Of a DNA stretch of 64,000 nt, positions 24,381 to 37,439 are shown in pieces. The stretch is from Mobula hypostoma. Taxonomy: Eukaryota. The notes beneath the pieces are model-generated. The model did not search any database, was not told where the DNA came from, and was given only the letters and a program-made list of their open reading frames with translations. The stretch spans positions 80,168,001-80,232,000 of the forward strand of contig NC_086108.1 of NCBI RefSeq assembly GCF_963921235.1, read 5' to 3'. The position numbers and the translations under genes are program-made. Position 1 is the stretch's first letter. Each line of letters begins with the position of its first letter.

Positions 24381-25916
24381 TAGTGCCTTGAAAGGGTATT
24401 CAGCCCCCAACCCTTTGTTCACATAAATATTACAACCAGGGATTTTGATCAATTTAATTGAGAATTTTTATTTGTGAATCGCATGCTCTATTTTTCTACA
24501 GTAGATTTCAAAAAGCAGGGAAAATTGTAAAGCATGAAAAACTAAAAAATCAAGAACTGAAATGTCAGCAGATCAGAAGTATTCAACCCCCTTTTCTCAG
24601 TACTTAGTTAAACCACCTCTTGCAGCTATAAGAGCCAGTAGTCTTTTTGGATATGCCTCTACTACTTTTGCACAATATGATGGAGCAAGATACGCCCATT
24701 CCTCCTTGCTAAATTGCTCAAGCTGTGCCAAGTTAATTGGGGAGTGGCAGTGGACAGCAATCTTGAGGTCTTGCCAGAGCTGTTTCGTTCCTCTAGCAAT
24801 GTGCTTTGAATAGTTATACTGCTGAAAGATGAAATTTCTCCCGTTTAAGCTTTCCGGCAGAGGCTAACAGGTTTTTGTCCAGGATCTCTCTGTATTTAGC
24901 TGCATTCATCTTCCCATCAATCCTCATCAGATTTCCAATCACTGCTGCTGCTGAAAAGCATCCACATAGCATGATGCCACCTCAACCATTCTTTACAGTA
25001 GGGATGGTGCTGCCTGGTTGATGCACAGTGTTAGAGTTACAGCACATTTACCACTTAGTGCTGAAGCCAAAAAGCTCCACTTGTCTCATCCAACCAGAAG
25101 ACCTTCTTCTAGATCTTTACAGTATCTTCTAAGTGATGTTTTGCAAACTCCTTATGGGCAAAGATATGCCTTTCTTTTGCCAGGGCTTCTTCCATGTCAC
25201 TCTTCCATAAATACCCTTTTTGTGTAAGGTTTTGGAGATTGTGGAGCCATGAATTTCATCTCTGGTTGAAGCCACTGACTTCTCAGAATGACTGTTGGCA
25301 TCACAGTAGCCTCTTTTACAAGTGCCATTTTCCTCTGATGACTAGGTTTAGAGGGGCAGCCTAACCTAGGAAGTGTGGTTGTGGTTTCATATTTTTTTCC
25401 ACTTTTTCACGATGGACTGCACTGAGATCCAAGGCACATTCCGGTGCCTTTGAGGTGGTCTTGTACCCTTCCCAGATTTATGCTTCTCTATTATCATTTC
25501 CTTGATTTGTCTTGAATGCTCTTTTGTCTTCATTTTGGTGTGGCTTGTGGAAAACATATCATACTGTTGGACCTTGCAGAGAGAAGGTGTATTTTTTCTT
25601 ATGAATTCATTGAAAACAGGGGATCCTCCAATTTTCTACATCAACAAATTGGGTGAGCGGTAAGGTATTACAGTATATTGCACCTGAGAAAAGTTAGCAC
25701 AGTAATTACAAAGGGATGAATACTTTTTCAGCTTCATAATTCTGGTTTTTAATTTTTAGTAAATTGTTGACAACTTTTGGAATTTTTTTGCTTTGACAAG
25801 ATGCACAGTATTTTGTAGATTAGCTCAAAAACCCTACTTCGATATATTTAAATTTTAAAAATGAGACAGTAAAATGTGAACATAGTTGTGCGGGCTGAAT
25901 ACTTTGCAAGGCACTG
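24381..25916 (-). mobile_element. Tc1-family DNA transposon with a decayed transposase (about 25533-24597)
   Basis: TIRs tagtgccttgaaagggtattcagccc / gggctgaatactttgcaaggcactg with inner repeats. The minus strand gives MKTKEHSRQIKEMIIEKHKSG, a WDET..VELFG-like block, GGIMLCGCFSA, FIFQQYN and YPKRLLALIAARGGLTKY*. Confidence 0.9.
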
Positions 25917-26901
25917 CGTGTCATTAAACTTGACTTTCACTTTTGACTTTCCAAGAAACCATGAAGATTACACATGATGAATTCATCCTTAACACTAATG
26001 GTGCCCATTGTTTTGTACAAATCTATAAAATTAAAATCACAATAACTACAGAGCATTTCTTACAAGTCCCCATGAATTCCTGGTACTTTACCTGTTCCGC
26101 AATATTGCTACTTTTAAGAGAGAATGTATACCCTTCTCACTAGTGACATTGTACTCTTACTATTTCTTAATCTTCTCCTAAATCGATTCTGCCATTCGAG
26201 CTTTTGAATCACTGTCATTGCTCATCACTGTAGTGTTCTCTACCTTTATTGTAGATCAAACCTACCCCCTTTTCCTCATCACCTATATTGCTGAAATGTC
26301 AAAATACCCCTGAATATTTAATTCCCAGCTTTGCTCACTTATCAACCACAACCACATCTCTGTGATGGCCATGAGATCATACCCCTTCATTTCTATTTGT
26401 GCAATCAACGCATTCAGCTTTTCACTAACAGAGTATGACTTCAGACAGGGATCCTTCAAATTTTATCAAATCATTTATTCTTACTTTAACTTCTTATTGG
26501 CGCATTCTTAAAATCGATTTGATATAAATCCATCTACTTTAACATGTGTGATGAGGTACCGACAAAATGGATTGTAGAACATCTTAAAAGTCAGCGGATA
26601 AAGGAATTGGAAGTGGAGTAGAATGTGACAATGGCAAGTTGTCATGCAAACAATAATCTCAAAATTATAGAAAATGCTGTAAATATTCAACAGTTTCAGC
26701 AGCACCTGTAGAAAGAATCAGAATCAGATTTAATATCAGTGTTGTGAAATTTGAGGGAAAAAAGTAGTGAATTAGTGTTCATGTGTTCAATGTCCATTCA
26801 GAAATCTGATGGTAGAAGGCAAGAAGCTATTCCAGAATCATTGAGTGTGTGCCTTCAGGCTTCTGTATTTCCTCTTCCTCATGGTATCAATGAGAAGAGG
26901 G

Positions 26902-27095
26902 CAGCAAGCCTCCCCACTCCACGACACCAATGCTGTCCAAGGGAAGGGCCAATACAGCTTGGCACTAGCGTCATCGCAGAGCACTGCATGGTTAAGTGCC
27001 TTGCTCAAGGACGCAACACGCTGCCTCGGCTGGGGGCTCGAACTCACGACCTTCAGGTCGCTGGTCGAATGCCTTAACCACTTGGCCACGTGCCC
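26902..27095 (-). mobile_element. Young tRNA-derived SINE with a CORE-like segment
   Basis: Head gggcacgTGGCCAAGTGGttaagg...GAGTTCGAGCC (A and B boxes), then gtccttgagcaaggcacttaacc. CpGs retained. Confidence 0.75.
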
Positions 27096-27963
27096 ACGTG
27101 TTGCATATATTTGCAAAAATGAAGGAAATACTGGTGACAGGGTCAGACAGTGAATTGGTTACATTGCTTGACCAGTAATTCAAAGACTAATTACCAGAAA
27201 ATTCAAACTGAAAATCTTGAAAATCTGAACTTGGTTCAAAACAACCTGAAATAAAATAAAAGCTGGTTTCAGTGAAAAGCTTGTCAGATTGGCCTAAAAC
27301 TCCAACTTGTTTAATGAGGAACCTCTGGTAAGGATTCCGATGATCTCAATTAAATTCCACCACATTGACTAATGAATATCCTGGCTCTTGGTTACTTAAC
27401 TGAATCACCCTTTTGCCAATATTAATAACAGCATTAAATAATAAACTTACTTAAGGTATCATTCAAGAATGATGAGCAAGACAATAACAACTCTGGACTA
27501 CTAAGCCAAAAATCAAAACCAGCAAATAGGATAAAATTCTACATTTGCCACCTTAAAAATATGGTAAGTGACCAATAATACCCCATCTGGAAAAGCAAAT
27601 ATTGACGGTTAAAATGCCAAAATAGCTGGATTACTTTACAACCTGTGAGTAAACTCATGTTCCTTTTAAACCACTCCCCTCTCATCTTAAAAATATGTCC
27701 TCTTTTCATGCATCCTTTAAAGCTCTTACAGTTTGTAAATTTTGTCTCATCTTTGCTTGATTTCTCAGCACATGGCTCCTAAACCATTTCGTATGTATTC
27801 TTTAACATTTTAAGAGGTAACATAGAATTATAATTCCCCAATAGAGGTGAAATCTCAGTTTTTTCAGCAAAAGTAACAAGAATAATCTGAAAGCAGGGTT
27901 AGTTTAGCTCATATTTCCTTGAACTTAACGTAAGTCTTAAAAACTCGAGCTTTGTTTACTCAC

Positions 27964-28075
27964 TTCTGCATCAAGGACTTCCTAATGACAAGCTCGTCTT
28001 CCAAATCAGCTTCATTGGCCATGAAAAGTAGACGTTTGAATGTGTCATCAACTCCAACAAAGTCCCTTTGTTCCA
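27964..28075 (-). CDS. EIF2B3: eIF2B gamma subunit, internal coding exon (112 nt), not in the ORF track
   Basis: Manual translation (V)[36 protein letters not shown](K) matches human [38 protein letters not shown]. Acceptor gtgcAG, donor GTgagt. Confidence 0.97.
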
Positions 28076-28224
28076 CTGCACACCATCAAAATATAAAAAT
28101 GTAACTTGTCATTTCATCCATGGCAAATAAAGACATCTGGGGGATATACAGACTTTGAAAAGACTACAAAGAATGAATCACCGGCTAAACAAGTTCTGTA
28201 GATAGACTTAAGCTGTCATATTTC

Positions 28225-28895
28225 AAAGCCTTTACTTTCTTAGAAGTTTGTGAAGATTTGGAATGTCATTTAAAACTTTGACAGACTTCTATAGATGTAC
28301 AGTGAAAAGTATATTGACTGGATCCATCACGGTCTGGTATGAAAACACTAATGCCCTTGAACAGAAAATCCTACAAAAAGTAGTGGACACATCACTGGTA
28401 AAGCCCTCCCCACCCACTGTGCACACCTACACAGAGCACTGTCACAGGAAAGCAGCATCCATCTTCAAGAACCTCCTCCACCCACACCATGCTCTCTTCT
28501 AGCTGCTGTCATCAGGAAGGAGATACAGGAGCCTCAGGACCCACACCAGCAGGTTCAGGAATAGTTATTATCCCTCAACCATCACACTCTTGTGCTAGAA
28601 GGGATAACTTCACTCACCCCAACATCAAACTGATTCCAAAACCTATGGACTCACTTTCAAGGACTCTACAACCCACATCATCAATAAAAAAAATATATAC
28701 ATTATGTGTATGTGTGCGTTTATTTATTTTCTACTTTGCATTTGCACATTGGTTGGTTGCCTACCTTGTTGTGTGCAGTTTTTTACTGACTCAATTATGC
28801 TTCTTTGTATTTACTGTGAATGTACAAGAAAAACTAAATGGGCAATATATGGTGACATATATGTACTCTGAAAATAAGTTTACTTTGAACTTTGA
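28225..28895 (+). mobile_element. Rex1/Babar LINE 3' fragment
   Basis: MSFKTLTDFYRCTVKSILTGSITVWY...ILQKVV, with an (actttga) tail. Confidence 0.85.
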
Positions 28896-29583
28896 AAAAC
28901 TTGCTCCATGCGAAGTGGTAAATGCTTCCTCTCATTTTATTTCATTTTTGCAAGTTCTGTTTAAAAGCAACTATTTTTATAGTGAACTTCACTACAAAAT
29001 ATATGCAAAATTGACAATTCTCCTCACTGATTGAGTATAGATTCTACAATACACAGAAATCTGCAAACCACCTGAAACAAAGATATTTGCTGTTTAACAT
29101 CTCATCTAATATTATAAACATTCACTTTCTCCAACAATTGAGTACTGTGGTTATGGTACGTACTATTTACAAACTGAACACTGCAGCTTGACAAGGTTTC
29201 GTCAACAGTGCCTCACGAAACTATAAACTATTTTTCAAAAATGGCAAAAATAAAATGTGCATAGGAATGTAAACTTGTGTCACAGTACCCTTAAAAACAT
29301 ACAATTTTCTCCTTACTGAAGGTTAAAATTCCTAAAACTTCTATTTAAAAGCACTGTTGAAGGTTCTTCCTGAAAAGGTCTACAATTATTCAAGAAAGTG
29401 GCTCACTACCATATTCCCAGAGGCAATTAGGGAAGGCCAATAAACACTGGCCTCATCTCAGGGAAATTTAATAACTTATACTAGGCTACTTTTATAAAGG
29501 TCGATTATTTAAGAAACCTATAGAGACCAGAACTCAAGTATAGAAGGTACACAAATATTTGGCCAACTTGTATATTTGCTTGC

Positions 29584-29762
29584 AACACACACAGAATGCT
29601 GGAGGAACTCAGCAGGCCAGGCAGCATCTATAGAAGAGTGCAGTCAATGCTTAAGCCCAAAATGTTGACTGTACTCATAGATGCTGCTGGCCTGCTGAGT
29701 TCCTCCAGCATTTTGTGTGTGTTACTTGGATTTCCAGCATCTGTAGATTTTCCCTTGTTTGT
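29584..29762. repeat. Foldback palindrome of two Penelope-like termini
   Basis: aacacacacagaatgctggaggaactcagcaggccaggcagcatctat ... atagatgctgctggcctgctgagttcctccagcattttgtgtgtgtt. Confidence 0.85.
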
Positions 29763-32187
29763 ACATTTGCTGATTTTAACCAAATCTCAGATATTTCTGA
29801 TAAATTACCAGTTTCCTTATTGATTGCAACTCCCATAGTGAAGACAGCTTTCTGGAATGAAATCAATCTTGCAAATGAATTACAAACTGAAAGAAAGTCA
29901 AAGTTCTTCAACTAGACTGTGTCACCTAAGCACATCAAAGAGGATATTCAAGATTTTACAGTTTATCCCAATGTTGTTGTCAGTGACCCTGCCCTGACTG
30001 AAAGGTCAAGCTTTGTTACATAAGGAAAACACCAGTCCTTCAGATCAAAGTCCTATATACAGCCCAGCAAACTCTGTCCTATAAAACCTGTTTTATGTCT
30101 GTGGATTGTAACTAATGTATAGACATTTTTGGAGCATTCTAAGAAATACTATTTGCAAATACTTCTTTAATAAGGAGTAACATCCAACATTTAAGCATAA
30201 AAAGTTAATTGTGTCTTTTCCTTCATTGTCTGCTGCATGAGAACATTTAATAAAGCAACTGACCATTTAGCTCTGCTTTGAAATGATGCCCAAAAATTCA
30301 GCATCAGAAAAGAGGAAGATCATACCACAACAATGGCTAGGTCCTTGCGGACAGCTTTCTTTGATGATATTTTACGCTATCACTTTGATCCTGTTGCTTT
30401 AAAGGACTAGTGAAGGACATGAGGGCGCATGAAGGAAATAAATGCTAAAGATGGTGGGTGGGCTGCCAAAAAAGCAGGGTACTTTGTTTTTGATGAGTGT
30501 CATCTCCTTGAATTTTGTTGGGTGTGCTGTCATCTAAACATGTGGAGAATATTCCATCACAGTCCTAAATTGTGTCCTAAAATTGGTGGAAAGATTCTGA
30601 GCTTTGACAAAGTGAACTACTTATAGAACAGTACTTAACCAGCAACCTGCTCTTGGAATTGCAGCATTTATTTGGCTGGTTAAGTTACATTCCTGATCAA
30701 TGGTGACTCCTGCTATGCTGATGGTTGGGGATTAATACCACTGAACGTCAGAGGTAGGTGGCAAGATTGTTTTGGTGGAGATGGTGCCTAGTACTTTTGA
30801 GGCATACGTTTCTTGCTGTTGTGCTGCCTGCAAGCACAGACTACTTCATTTTCTGAGGAGTTGTGAACAGAATTAAATATTGCATAATCAGCTTTTCTCC
30901 CAACAGATCTGCTGGGTATTTCTAGCGTTCTCTATTGTTTCAAATTTCGAACATCTACTAAGTTCTGAACCCCCAGTTTCAGTATTTTTTCTCTATTTTC
31001 CTCAATATTCTATTAACACTCTGTTAAATAGATCACTTGTGATTAACAGGTATTCATCAACATCTTTGAGTTAGCGTGAACACCTTCTGTGTCAGCAGAG
31101 CAATCTGGATTAAACCTCATCACAGGCAATTCCTTTGCACTTTTCACCTCTGTCCCTCTAGCCAATTTAAAACACACTCTTTCACTCCTGATGAACTATC
31201 ATCAACCTGAAACACTCTTTTTCTCTCAATTCATTGATGCTCCCTAACCTGCTGAGTAGTTTTTGCATTTTTTAAAAATTTTGTGGTGTTTTTTTTTGCT
31301 TTTCAGTTTTATATGGTCTCCTGATTGCTACATCCAGTTTCGAATTGAAACATTATTGTAACACGTACCCCAGTAGAGTGAAAAGAAAGTTTACCTTGCG
31401 TACTGTTCATTCAGATTAATTCAACACTGCATTGAGATAGTACAAGGTAAAGTAATAACAGAATGCAAAACAAAGTGTTATAGCTGCAAAGAACGTGAAG
31501 TGTAGGTAGACAATAAGGTGCAAGATTGTGAGGTCTAGAGTCCATCTTATAATACTAGGGGACCATTCAACAGTCTTATAGCAGTGAGGCAGCTATCTCT
31601 GAACCTGGACATACATGCTTTTAGGCTTTTCTATCTTTTGCCCTGTGTGTGAGTGGAAAAGAGAGAATGGCCAGGGTGGGTGGGCCTTTGATTATACTGG
31701 CTTCTTTATTGAGGCAGCAAGAGTATAAACAGAGAGAAAGCTGGTTTCCAGTGAATAGCACTCTCACTTCTCCAGAATTTAGCACATTGGACCAAAGCCT
31801 TAATGTGATCTGGACTGTGGTTTGTCTCTGTTTTGATTGCAGTGTTTATTGAATATTTATCAAATATTGACCAGACACTTACCCCATTCAGTTTTTGTGA
31901 AAACATACACTTGACCTAAATAGTAATGAGTTAGGGTACAATATTGTTAAAAGTCTTGACAGGTCAAGAACCACATTAGAAGTTATTTACAATAAGAAAA
32001 ACTCAAAGCTATATGTAGAAATTTCATGCAATTTTCTTGTACTATGCCATCGGATGAAATATTGAGCAACCAAGCAAGTAGCTCTTTTAAATGAGCTGTT
32101 GCAGGGCTCTCTAAAAGCAACAAAATTAATCTGCTGTAGCATTGATTTCAATGGCAATTAATGCTTTTTGACTTGAGAAAATTTTAC

Positions 32188-32347
32188 CTGCTTTATTTTT
32201 CCCTTTCTGGCCAGGCACAGGTTCAGTACAGTCGTGCATTTTGCACATCAACATTGATATTGTGGCATCATGTGCCCGGAACAGGTCAATCACCTCATGT
32301 AGAGCTGCATCAGTAATTAGGTCACAACTGACCACCAACACATCAGT
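32188..32347 (-). CDS. EIF2B3: eIF2B gamma subunit, internal coding exon (160 nt)
   Basis: [53 protein letters not shown] matches human [29 protein letters not shown]...[12 protein letters not shown]. Acceptor tttgcAG, donor GTaaaa. Frame continuous with both neighbouring exons. Confidence 0.97.
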
Positions 32348-33099
32348 CTGCAAAGACAAAAACATTTTAAGCATTGGAATTTTCAACACTAAGATCACAA
32401 AGACCTAAAGTACATCGCAGTTCAGAAGCCAGAAGTGATAGTTGAACAATGATATCAACTTGAAGTTGGCAATGTCCATTAAGAAGCAAGTGGATAAGCA
32501 TTCTGTTTCTGATTATGTTGGTTGAAGGATACAAACCAGCTGGAAAAGCTTAATGCGTCAAAAGACCTCTGAAATGAAGAAACTCTTAACACTGTGCACT
32601 ACACTGATATACTGGATTGCACTTCTCTTTGATAGGTGTGAAAATCAAGTCAAATTAATCAAACGCAGTTTAAACTTAGCACTAAGCTGATTACTATACA
32701 TGCTTGAATGCATTAATAATTAGATTAATAGAACAATAATGTATCTTAATGTGCTGCATCTACAACCTATAAAAGAAAACTGATTAATTGTAAATTTAAA
32801 TCAACATTACTTTTAAATAATAAATAATTGGAAATTTTACCCCCATTCTAAAGCAGTCACAAATGTTTACCTTTTGGAAGCATATAAGAGAAATAGTTCT
32901 CATTTGATACGTGCACATACCTTAAACTCCTGGTAGTAACTAACAAAACAACCTGTTAACCACATAAGCCATTTCTTTTTTATATTGTATTTTCTTCCTT
33001 ATTGGAATTGGAATTGATTTACTATTGTTGTCAAATGTACCGAGGTGCAGTAAAAAGTTTGTCCTGCATACTCTTCATGCAGATGAAATCATTACAATT

Positions 33100-33810
33100 G
33101 TGATTGTGGACTTCAGTAAGACACAGGTCAAACATTCTCCATTACACATCAATGGCTCTACCATGGTGCACATATAATGGACGACCAAGTGTGGACCTGC
33201 AACACCTCCTCGCTAGACAAGAAGGTACAGCAGTGTCTACACTTTTACTAAGGAGATTGAGGTGTGTAAGGCTCACCGCCCCCATTCTAATAACTTTCTG
33301 CAGGAGCACTGTCTGGCTGTATCATTGTGGGATATGGAAGATGCAAGGCATCAGACTGCAAGACCCTACATAGTAAAAACTGCCAAGTGGATCCACCTCT
33401 CTCCCCTTTGTAACATTTACCAGCAGCACTGGAGACAAAGGGCCTGAAGCACTGTTGAGGGTCCCTAACACCCAACCCACAATCCCTTTGACCCACTACC
33501 GTCAAGGAGATACACAATATCAGGACGAGAACTACCAGACTGGGTAACAACTTCTTCCATCATCCTGTGAGTGCCCTAATGAATACCCTGCCACCATCAA
33601 GGTCTCATCACTAGGACAGCAACTTGTTTACGGTTTACCTGTGCTGCATATTACATGCATTTGGAATTACAGTTCATTAACAGATTTATGGTAATATTTT
33701 GGTTTTTGCCATATGTTTTGATGGTGTCTGTGGTCCAGAGGAACATTGTTTCATTTGATTATATATACAGGTATAGTCAGCTGACAATAAATCTGAACCT
33801 GAATTTGAGA
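33100..33810 (+). mobile_element. Rex1/Babar LINE 3' fragment
   Basis: IVDFSK, LRRLRCVRLTAPILITFCRSTV; tail gacaataaatctgaacctgaatttga. Confidence 0.7.
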
Positions 33811-33994
33811 ATGCAGAATAAAGTTTAACAGCTACAGAGAAAGTGCAATGCAGGTAGACAATAAGGTGCAAGGACATTACGTGATAGAATGTATGATCAA
33901 GGCTCTGTATTAGCATGCTAAGGATCCATTCAGCAGTCATGACATTGGGTAGAAACCATCCTCAAGCCAAAAAAGGGGGCGGGGGGGAAGCAAT

Positions 33995-34830
33995 TTAAAC
34001 TCAAAAGATTCTGCAGATGCCAAAAATCTTGAGCAACACATACAAAATGCCAGAGGAACTGAGCAGTCAGATGGCATCAATGGAGGGGAATAAACAGTTG
34101 TCGTTTCAAGCTGAGATCTCTCATCAGAACTGGAAAGGAAGGGGAAAGAAGCCAGAAGGCGGCAAAGGGAAAGAAAGGACTACAAGCTGGTAGGTGATAA
34201 ATAAGATCAGAGGAGGGGGAAGGTGAGTGGATAGGGGAGGAGTGGATGAAGTTAGAACCTGGGAGAGATGGAAGAAGTGAAGGGATGAAGAAGGAAGATC
34301 ATGGAAGAAAGGGAAGGAGGGACACTAGAGAGAGGTGATAAGTGCGTGAGAAGGGAACCAGAATGGGGAGTGAAAGAGGGGAGAAATTACTGGAAGTTAG
34401 AGGTATCAATGTTCATGCCATCAGGTTCAAGACTATCCAGATGGAATATGAGGTGTTGCTCCTCCAACCTGAGTATGGACTTATCATAGCAGCTTGGGGC
34501 CCTGAATGGTGGTGACGGAGGAAGTGTAGAACTTGTCCCACTTGCAGGGATAAGTGCCAGGGGAGATCAGTGAAGAGGAATGAGTGGACAAGGAAGTCAT
34601 GTAGAGAGCAATCACTATGAAAAGCGGCGAATGGGGAAAGGAAAAATGTGCTTAGTGGTCGGATTCCATTGTAGATGGTATAAGTTACATAGAATGATGT
34701 GCTGTATAGGGAGGCTCATAGGTTTACAGATAAGGACATAGGGCACCTTATCTCTTTTATACGGTGGCAGAAGAATGGGGTGAAGGCAGATGTGCAGGAA
34801 ATGGAGATGCGGGTAAGGTTAGCATCACTC
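33995..34830 (-). mobile_element. Penelope-like element 3' fragment with its terminal repeat
   Basis: The minus strand of about 34390-34470 reads RLEEQHLIFHLDSLEPDGMNIDTSNFQ*, like a PLE GIY-YIG C-terminus. It is followed by a pyrimidine-rich tract, a CTGATGA...GAAAC motif and the family terminus. Confidence 0.75.
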
Positions 34831-35879
34831 TTTGAAGTTGCAGGAGATTCCAGATTTAATCAATTTAAGCTTTATGTTATCATAACATTATCCACTAGTC
34901 ACCAAAAAAATTCTTAAATATTGTCAGGAATGTTATCATTAGCATAGGTAAATTGATAGTTATCTTTTGACTGCTGCTCTATACTGGACAGTGCATTGCT
35001 GAACACTATTCCATAAAATGCAATATTTACTTCCATTCCTTGTGCAAATGTTTATTTTGCAAGGTCTAACAGAGGTGTAATAACTTGGAGCACAGCAGTG
35101 GTATTTTGTAGGCTCAAGTTTGTAATCTTGCATACACTGAGTTATTGATCAAAGCTTTGCTGGTTTGGTAGAGAGTGTCTTGTATAAGAATAAAATGAAA
35201 GGGAACAAGCAAATTAACATTATGGATCAAGTATTCCTTCGCATCAGCAAAAGTGAGAAATGTTAACAAAATAACTATAGCTTCTTTAAAGTGGTTTCAT
35301 ATATGTATAATTGAAATGTACTTTACATAATCACTCTATATAATTTTAAAAGTGCATGTTGAAATATCATGTAATTTGATGTACTGTACATTAAAGATAT
35401 TTTTTAAAACTGCTGAAAGAAGCAATCAAGTTAACTATCCAAAACCATACAGGCCACTAATAATCAATTAAGTTATGAGAGAACAAAATGAACCACAAAC
35501 CAGACTTTCTAAGCTTATCATTTGTGTGTGAAATGCAGATCTGAAGTCAGTGACTTAAACCTGAATGGAAACAGATTTGGCTAAAGCAGACTGGGAAAAC
35601 AGATTAAAAAGACAGTAGATAAGAAGTGGTAGACATTTAAGTATTTTATAATTCTTAACTAAGACATAATGTATTGAGAAAAACATTCTCTAGTAGGATA
35701 ATCCAGGGGTGGCTAAGGAAATTAAGCACTGTAACATTGCATGCTTATTCTTTCAATATGATCCAAAGATTAGCAATTGGCCCAGGAATTTGGAACCATT
35801 TGAAAAGCAAAGAAAGGATGACTATAGACTGAATGAGAAAACATTATAACAGTATAATAGCATGAAATATAAAAACAGA

Positions 35880-37190
35880 CAGCATGATCGTCCAGAAGTA
35901 TATAAAACGAGAGTTGCTAAAATAAATATTGGTTTCTCCAAGAAGATGAAACAGGAGAATTAATAATAGCAAATAAACAAATAGCAGACAGTGAACAAAT
36001 ATTTTTATATTTGTTTTCATGGTAAAATACATTACAAGCATTTTAGTATGAAGGGATAGAGAACTTAAAATAATAATTTTAGCACAGAAGTTGCCAGGTA
36101 GACAAATGGAGTTAATGACTGACAAGTCTCGTGGTCCCAGTGGCCCGTATCTTGGATTAAAATAAATAGTTTTATAAATAACTGATGCGTCGGTTGCGAT
36201 CTCCTAAAAATTCCCCAGGCTCTAGAAATCTCAGTAGATTGGAAAAGCATAAATGCAACACCTCTGTTCAAGACGGGAAGAAACTAATTAGACCCGGAAC
36301 TGTCTTTAGGAAAATACTGAAAGCAGTAACAGGCCACCACAAAGAAAATCATGAGGCAATCAAGCAAAAACCATAGTTATATGAAAGGGAAATTATTTGT
36401 GCAACAAGTTTATTCGAGTTCTTGAAGACATAATGTGTAGGTTGAATACAGACATTATTCATTTGGACATCTATTCGAAAAGATTCTACAAAAATGTCAC
36501 TTCACATGATTAGAGTTCATTGCATTGAGGATAATACCTTGGTATGGATGGAAGTTTGTTTAGCAACAAGAAACAGAAAATTGAGATAAAAGGGTCACTT
36601 TCAATCTTTAAAGCTGTAACTGGTTGTGTTCTATAGAGATTAGTGTTTGGACCTCAACTATTTACAATATGCATTCATTAATGTGGGGAAATATGAGGTT
36701 CTCTACTTTGGTACCAATGCAAAAAAAACAGAATTCTGTTTAAATGGAAAGACCTTCAAAATATTTCAGAAGGGAAATGGAATCCTGGCTGTTAAGCCAA
36801 AGCAGATGGAGTGCAAAAGTACACAAGTCTTGCTAAAATTATTCAGTACTTAATTAAATCATACCTGGAGTACTAGGTATAATTTGATTTTCTTATGTTG
36901 GGAGGCATTCAAGGCAAGTCAGAAACGATCTACTAAAAGATTTATTTCTGGGATGAAGGTATTGTGTTACAAGAAAAGAATTAATACCACAAATACTCAA
37001 AAGAGTCATAAAGCAATATAGCATGGATACAGGCCCTTGTCCCCAAAGAGTACACACCAACATGGTGCCCACCCAGCTCGTCCCAATTTCCTGTGCTCAG
37101 GCCATAACCCTCCCCCCTTCACTTAACTTGTTGGAGTTTAGTAGAATGAGTACTGATCTCATTGAAGCAGAAAAGATTTATACAGGAAGA
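35880..37190 (+). mobile_element. Very old CR1 remnants (resume at about 39500-39780)
   Basis: Decayed motifs DWKSINATPLFK, NVGKYEVLYFG, QMECKSTQVLLKLFST and RMSTDLIE; continuation RLDRVDTESMFPLV. Confidence 0.6.
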
Positions 37191-37439
37191 TATAAGAAAT
37201 TGCAGATGCTGGAGTTAAGAACAAGACTGCAGCATACTTAAAGAACAGTGGATCATGCAACAAATACTGAAACAAAAGGTATAAATTGATACTTTAGGTC
37301 AAGACTGAGAGGGAAGGGGATTGCGAGTGTACAGTAATGGGGAGGGCAGAGATAGGGATTGGAGAGGTGAACAAAAAGGAGAAGAAAGCAAGATGAACAA
37401 ATGAGAATGTGAGAGAGGAGTGCAGGTTACATGAAATTG

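Noticed and set aside
26990..27095. Possible tRNA gene
   Set aside because: A and B boxes are present, but there is no clear acceptor stem or poly-T terminator and the sequence runs into a SINE body.
1676..34132. Recurrent 'MLEELSRPGSI' peptide and dispersed repeats as a gene family or CRISPR-like array
   Set aside because: These are translations of the Penelope-like terminal repeat. The copies are dispersed, with no regular repeat-spacer period, in eukaryotic DNA.
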